The notes below the pieces were generated by a model, which was not told the DNA's origin, ran no database searches, and saw only the letters and a program-made list of their open reading frames with translations. Made by a program: the position numbers and the translations under genes. 64,000 nucleotides of DNA from Octopus vulgaris. Lineage: Eukaryota. Shown piece by piece: positions 58,504 to 64,000 of the stretch (the first letter of the stretch is position 1; each line of letters starts with the position of its first letter). Location: assembly GCA_951406725.2 (NCBI GenBank), contig OX597836.1, forward strand, positions 49,848,001 to 49,912,000, given 5' to 3'.

Positions 58504-60726
58504 CTGAAAAGAGAAGAAAAGAAAGAAAGAAAAATGCAGTTAATTGTGGCAATAATAATAATAATAATCCTTTCTCCTGTAGGCACAAGGCCTGAAATTT
58601 TAGGGGAGGGAGTTACCTCAGTGCATCACTGGTACTTATCTTATTGAACCTTGAAAGGATGAAAGGCAAAGCCGACCATGGCAGTATTTGAACTCAGAAC
58701 ACAGTGATTGGATGAATCTACTTTCTACTAAAGGCACAATTTTGGAGGAGGGGGTTCAATCGAATACATTGACCCCTGTGCCCAACTGGTACCTATTTTA
58801 TTGACCCTGGAAGGACAAAAGGCAAAGTTGACCTCAGCAGAATTTGAACCTAGAACATAAAGACAGACGGCAGTTCTGCCAGTTTGTTGCTTTGAACAAT
58901 AACCAGCAGCAACTGGGGAAATTCCAAAGTGCAAGGCAACAGATTTGAAAACACTTTAATATGTTAAACACAAAGAATGTCAAAGCAATTTGTCTTTGAA
59001 ACTGTGCCATTTAATCAAAACTTTCAGATACAATTGAAATGGTGTCGTTTCTTTACCTTCTTTTAATACGTTTGGCAGATATTTTCAGGAAACAAAAGAC
59101 AAAGGTAAAAAAAGATAAAACCTGTACACTTCTCTGCTGAACTATGACCAAAGATCAGTTCAAATTATTTAGTAATTGAGATTATTTTCAGTTTATTTCA
59201 GCTACTTATCTACCTTTATCATCTGTAGACTCACCTATGTACCTATCTAATTAACTAACATATCTACCTTCCCTTCTGCCAATGTATTTGTCTACTCTCA
59301 TAACACCAATAAGCAATCGAAACTTAATAAAAAATAGCCTTTGGTTTGGAACACGTAAAAGACAAAAGTGCAACATCAACAGGTGTTTGCATTCTAAGGT
59401 CATTTCACTTTAACTGTCGTCCATAATGAATGAGCTTTCAGCTTGTTTCATTAAGTTAAGCCTTTCAATCGTGCCTTGGAGTTGAACACATGCACAATAT
59501 CGACACCCCACCCCCCTTCTTCAGTCACATTGTTACCTCCCTTGGCAGAAATGTAACGCAATGCACAGACACACAGACACTAGCAGAAGGATAAGAGTAA
59601 CCAGACCACCCATAATAACCCGGCACCAGCAAAGTCGGAATTTCCCAGCAACAGAGTTTTACATGATTTCAACAAATGTGACATTGAAATCATACGTAAA
59701 CAGCTTCTTTCCCCAGAAAAGGAAAGATTTGGCTGCTATTTCTTGCATGCTCTGCCATCATGTAACAGGTATTTCGGGTCCTTTATCACAAATAGCTGTT
59801 ATGTAGTAGCAGCGCATGCTAGAAATAGAAGCCAAATGTTAGGAAGAGAGATACAAAAAATTATTTCACACTGAGGTTATCAATGGGTCTTTTACGAAAT
59901 ATTTACCATATTTTTAAAGTCATTTTCACTTTAAAAAATCTTAAATATAACAAAAAAATTCTTTGAAATGGTTATTCACTTGAAAATAATTTCAAAAAAC
60001 ATTAAAATAGTGTCTGTTTAAAGAAAGCTGAAATATAAATCCTTACTGTACATTTTTGTAATCCCATTCACTTATAAATATTTCTAAATGATTAAAATAT
60101 TGTGTTTAACAAAAGTGAAAATACATTTACTGTAAAAAGCAACTTGTATTTTTTCGTTGTCCAATCGAAGGTTAGAGTTTCTTTCCTTTCAGGGTCAAGT
60201 TATTTCTGGAATATTTTCCCATTATGCACCGTTTGGGGTTCATTTTAACATTTCAGGGGAAAACTTAATACATGGTATTTTCCCATTACGTGCCAGTTTG
60301 GCTGGGTAACATTCCAAGCAAGCAGGATTCAAGTTCACTAGATAATAATATTCTTCTCTACTAAAGGCATAAAGTCTGAAATTTTGGGGGAAGGGGACAC
60401 GTTGGTTACATCGACCCCAGTATTTCACTGACCCTGAAAGGATGAAAGACAAAATCAACCTCAGTGGAATTTGAACAAAGATGGATGAGATACTAATAAG
60501 TATTTTGCCCAGCTTGCCCCCCCCCCCCCCAGTAATTTCCAAATTCTGGCACAAATCCAGCAATTTGGGGGAGGGGAGTTCCAGTCAAATACTACGGATT
60601 CTAGTATTTGATTTGTACTTTATTTCATTGACCTTGAAAACGATGGAGCTGGGTGCTATGTGAACTCAAAAATATTTTTCTGATTCTCCAACACTCCTGC
60701 CCCACTAACAACAAAAAACAAATTAC

Positions 60727-60795
60727 CTGTTTTACAGTTGATTTAATGAATTCTTTCCTTTGGGTGAGATCAAAGTCAGGATATTTTGCATATAC
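60727..60795 (-). CDS. DEK: DEK exon (DEK_C domain)
   Basis: ctgcag|VYAKYPDFDLTQRKEFIKSTVKQ|gtaatt, 69 nt, phase 0. It matches DEK VYENYPTYDLTERKDFIKTTVK. Confidence 0.93.
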
Positions 60796-61750
60796 CTGCA
60801 GGAAAAACACATCAGAAAGATTACACACATATCATCATCATCATTTAATACCTGCTTCCCAGACTCCAATTGTCTGTTCTGACCATGGTTTCTATGGCTG
60901 AATGCCCTTCCAAACACAAACTACTTCACAGTGGGGTGAGTGCACCCCTTTGTGCCACTGGCACAAAGGATGTGTTTACGCAGCACCAGCACAAGCCTGC
61001 ACACATGCACTAAGCTGCCCAACCGTATTGCTTCAGGTCCAGCCCTTCTATGTATGACCACCCCAGGCCAATCGATGCCATTTTAGTAATTTTGGCAGAT
61101 GGAGACTGGAAGGACCTACCATATACATAAATGATGTTTACATCTGCAGCCAGATGCACTATAGCTGGTGACCTCTGTTGACCTTTCTTGTCAACAAAAT
61201 GCCTGCTTTTGAATTCTTCTAGAATTAAAAAAATCCCCTTATTTGAAAAACGGGTCAAGACAGTTAAGGGGAACATCCAGCCATAGAGGCCCTGCCTCAT
61301 GCACCTTCCCATGTAAGTCTTGCTAGCATGGAATAAATAGATGAAGAAACAAATGAATCAACACTGTGATGGTGCAGACTTGGGGTGGCTTAGAAAAACC
61401 GAAGGACCACTGCAATAAGTGTGTGAGTCTGAGAGGGCAATATGTTGAATAAAATCATAATTAACTGATCCTCCTGTATTTTGTTTTACTCAAAGCCAGG
61501 CACTTCTCAGCCCCATCCCCTTCAAATAATGACAAAAACAAAATGGGGCTTTGGATGAAGAAGCCAAAAATGTGTATGGGATGTAGTTTAATATTTTGCA
61601 CTCATTTAGGGAGCGGAAGAAGCAGTAATGATTGTTGCTGACACAAGAACTGAAATATGATCCCATGACTGGCAACTAGACTGCAGTATGAACTCATTCA
61701 GCTTTCATGGTCTATTGTTAAACAGTCTTGATTCTTTAAATACAACATGA

Positions 61751-61833
61751 GACCAAATTGAAAGCCTTTACCTTTTGACCAAATTGAAAGCCTTTACCTT
61801 TTGACCAAATTGAAAGCCTTTACCTTTTGACCA
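61751..61833. repeat. 26-bp unit repeated 3 times at the MITE left junction
   Basis: gaccaaattgaaagcctttacctttt repeated three times. Confidence 0.9.
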
Positions 61834-62498
61834 GCAGATTTAGAAAATAATTTTTTGTAACTGAACACTTTCTACCAATATATGAAGTATACTGGTAGAA
61901 TGTGTCATATAAAACAATTTTTTATTCTTAGAGTTTTCAAGAAAACTTTATATTTACGAAGTTTCGTAAATATTCGTCATATTTCGGTAACTTCAACCAA
62001 TCAATGACATGTATTCAGCTGAATAAAATTACTGCTGTTGTTTGTCATCAACAACTTCCAGCAGTGTATATATTGTTTGTATGGATAAACAAGTGTATCT
62101 GAAGCATGTTTACTTCATGGTACCACCATAATCGTTTGCCCCCCCCCCTTTCCCACCCACTCCAATTTCTTCATTTAACATTTTTTCAGTAACTCCCTAA
62201 CCCTAAAACCAGTACAAACGCATGAACGATGTCATAAATAACAGTGACAGACAATATATACACTGCCGGAAGTTGTTGTTGACAAACAACAGCAGTAATT
62301 TAATTCAGCTGAATACACGTCATTGATTGGTTGAAGTTACTGAAATATGACTAACTTTATAAATATAAAGTTTTCTCGAAAACTCTAAGAATAAAAATTG
62401 TTTTATATGACACATTCTACTAGTATACTTCGTATACTGGTAGAAAGTGTTCAGTTACGAAAAATTTATTTTCTACATCTGCTGGTCAAAAGGTAAAG
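61818..62498. mobile_element. MITE with ~250-bp TIRs in a DEK intron
   Basis: Ends ctttaccttttgaccagcagat and atctgctggtcaaaaggtaaag, with arms at about 61818-62076 and 62250-62498. Confidence 0.87.
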
Positions 62499-62700
62499 AT
62501 CCATTATATATGACAGCCTTGGCTCTAATCCCGGTCAGAACTGGGCACAAATGGTTCAGGAACCCAGGTACAGGATCAAATAACACCATGGAGGTCAGGC
62601 CTGAAGCTGGAGAAAAAAACAGCCTATACCTTTTTTCTTTCTTTCTATCAATAATTTGGGGAGAGTTAAAAGAAACTGTGCTAACGATGTTAGCACTTAC

Positions 62701-62784
62701 CTGCTTTATAACAGTTTTCATAGTGACTTCTTCTAGGTTGGCACCTTCCAGAATTTTCTTCACGTCTTCATGTAACTCCTCATC
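62701..62784 (-). CDS. DEK: DEK exon (DEK_C domain)
   Basis: atcag|DEELHEDVKKILEGANLEEVTMKTVIKQ|gtaagt, 84 nt, phase 0. It contains the DEK signature ANLEEVTMK. Confidence 0.94.
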
Positions 62785-64000
62785 CTGATCAAAATGGAAT
62801 AGAAGAACCAAATCCAAGTCATTAATCATTAGAATAGTGTCAGGTGCTAGAGAAGGAACAGAAGGCTGTTGTTGAGTTTGAATCACACCTTCCAGAAATG
62901 ATGATGATGATGGTAAAAATAATTTGCTTTGACGAGGTAAAGATGGATCAACACTAGTACATTAAAAAAACCCCAAACAACCTCACTTTCTACATCCCAG
63001 TTCTAAAAGGCTACCAAAACTATTGTTTCCATCACACTTTAGCAACAAGCCATATTTTGGACTGGAGGCAATTGCTTCCATTAGAGTATCCTTCTTTGCA
63101 ACACGTATATTTTATTAAATATATTTCTCCAAATTTTTCTTTCTTCCATTTCTAAGCACAACAACAATTCCTCCAGGGCCAAGCTAGAACCTGGTTATAT
63201 TATTTACTTTTACTTGTTTCAGTCATTTGACTGTGGCCATGCTGGAGTACCTCTTTCAGTCGAACGAATCGAGTCCAGGACTTATTCTTTGTAAGCCTAG
63301 TGCACATTCTGTCAGTCTCTTTTGCCAAACTGCTAAGTTACGGGAATGTAAACACACCAACAGTGTCAAACAATGGTGGGGAGACAAACATAGAAACACA
63401 AATACATACATATATATATATATATGCGACAGGCTTCTTTTAGTTTCTGTCTACCAAATCCACACACAACGCTTTGGTCGGCCTGAGGCTATAGTAGAAG
63501 ACACTTGCTCAAGATGCCATGCAGTGGGACTGAACACAGAACCATGGTAAACAAGCTTCGTACCACACAGCCATGCAAAATTAAGAAATCAATGCCCATT
63601 AACTAACATCCTGTAAATATATATAAAAACCTTTACATATAATCAACTAAACTGCATCTTGGCAGGTGAAAATGACATGGCAACAGGTAAAAAATATTAC
63701 ATGCACACTATATACTAACGATCACTGTAATTTATTGGTAATTTTCATCCAAATTCATGCAATACTTTTATACTGGACTGTGTTTCATAAAAAACTCTAG
63801 TTTCTAAAACAATCAAGAAATTTTTTATAGAGAAAGCATTACAGGATGTTAAGGTTTAAAACACAACTGGAGAAAACCAACAGATGCTAATGGCAGCGAT
63901 TTGACAGTCTTCACTTGCTAAACAGTGTTAGTAGCAGGTTAGCCTTTTGTATAAAACTGAGGTTTGATATAATTGCGTTGGCCAAGAGAAGAGATGTATA

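Overview
This is AT-rich, repeat-dominated eukaryotic DNA with very long (TA)n/(CA)n microsatellites and a 100-N scaffold gap at 39435-39534. The SINE, RTE and microsatellite landscape suggests an octopus genome (inferred, not verified). Two host genes converge. On the + strand is the 3' part of a TRANK1/LBA1-like gene, with a 2.3-kb exon at 43282-45591 and a probable last exon at 46779. On the - strand are the last three coding exons of DEK (62784-62701, 60795-60727, 58503-58492). The rest is mostly mobile DNA: two full-length decayed mariners (624-1893, 36643-37925), three further Tc1/mariner remnants, two RTE LINE families, R4/Dong-like, CR1 and Penelope-like fragments, SINEs and several long palindromic elements. 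There is also a ~3.2-kb satellite with a 74-bp unit and a ~0.9-kb near-identical tandem duplication. The most notable observation is an exact C4HC3 PHD-type finger inside the reverse transcriptase ORF of the dominant RTE family, while the second RTE family ends in three C2H2 fingers. Most ORFs in the supplied track are microsatellite artefacts. All family assignments rest on motif recognition by eye, with no database search.
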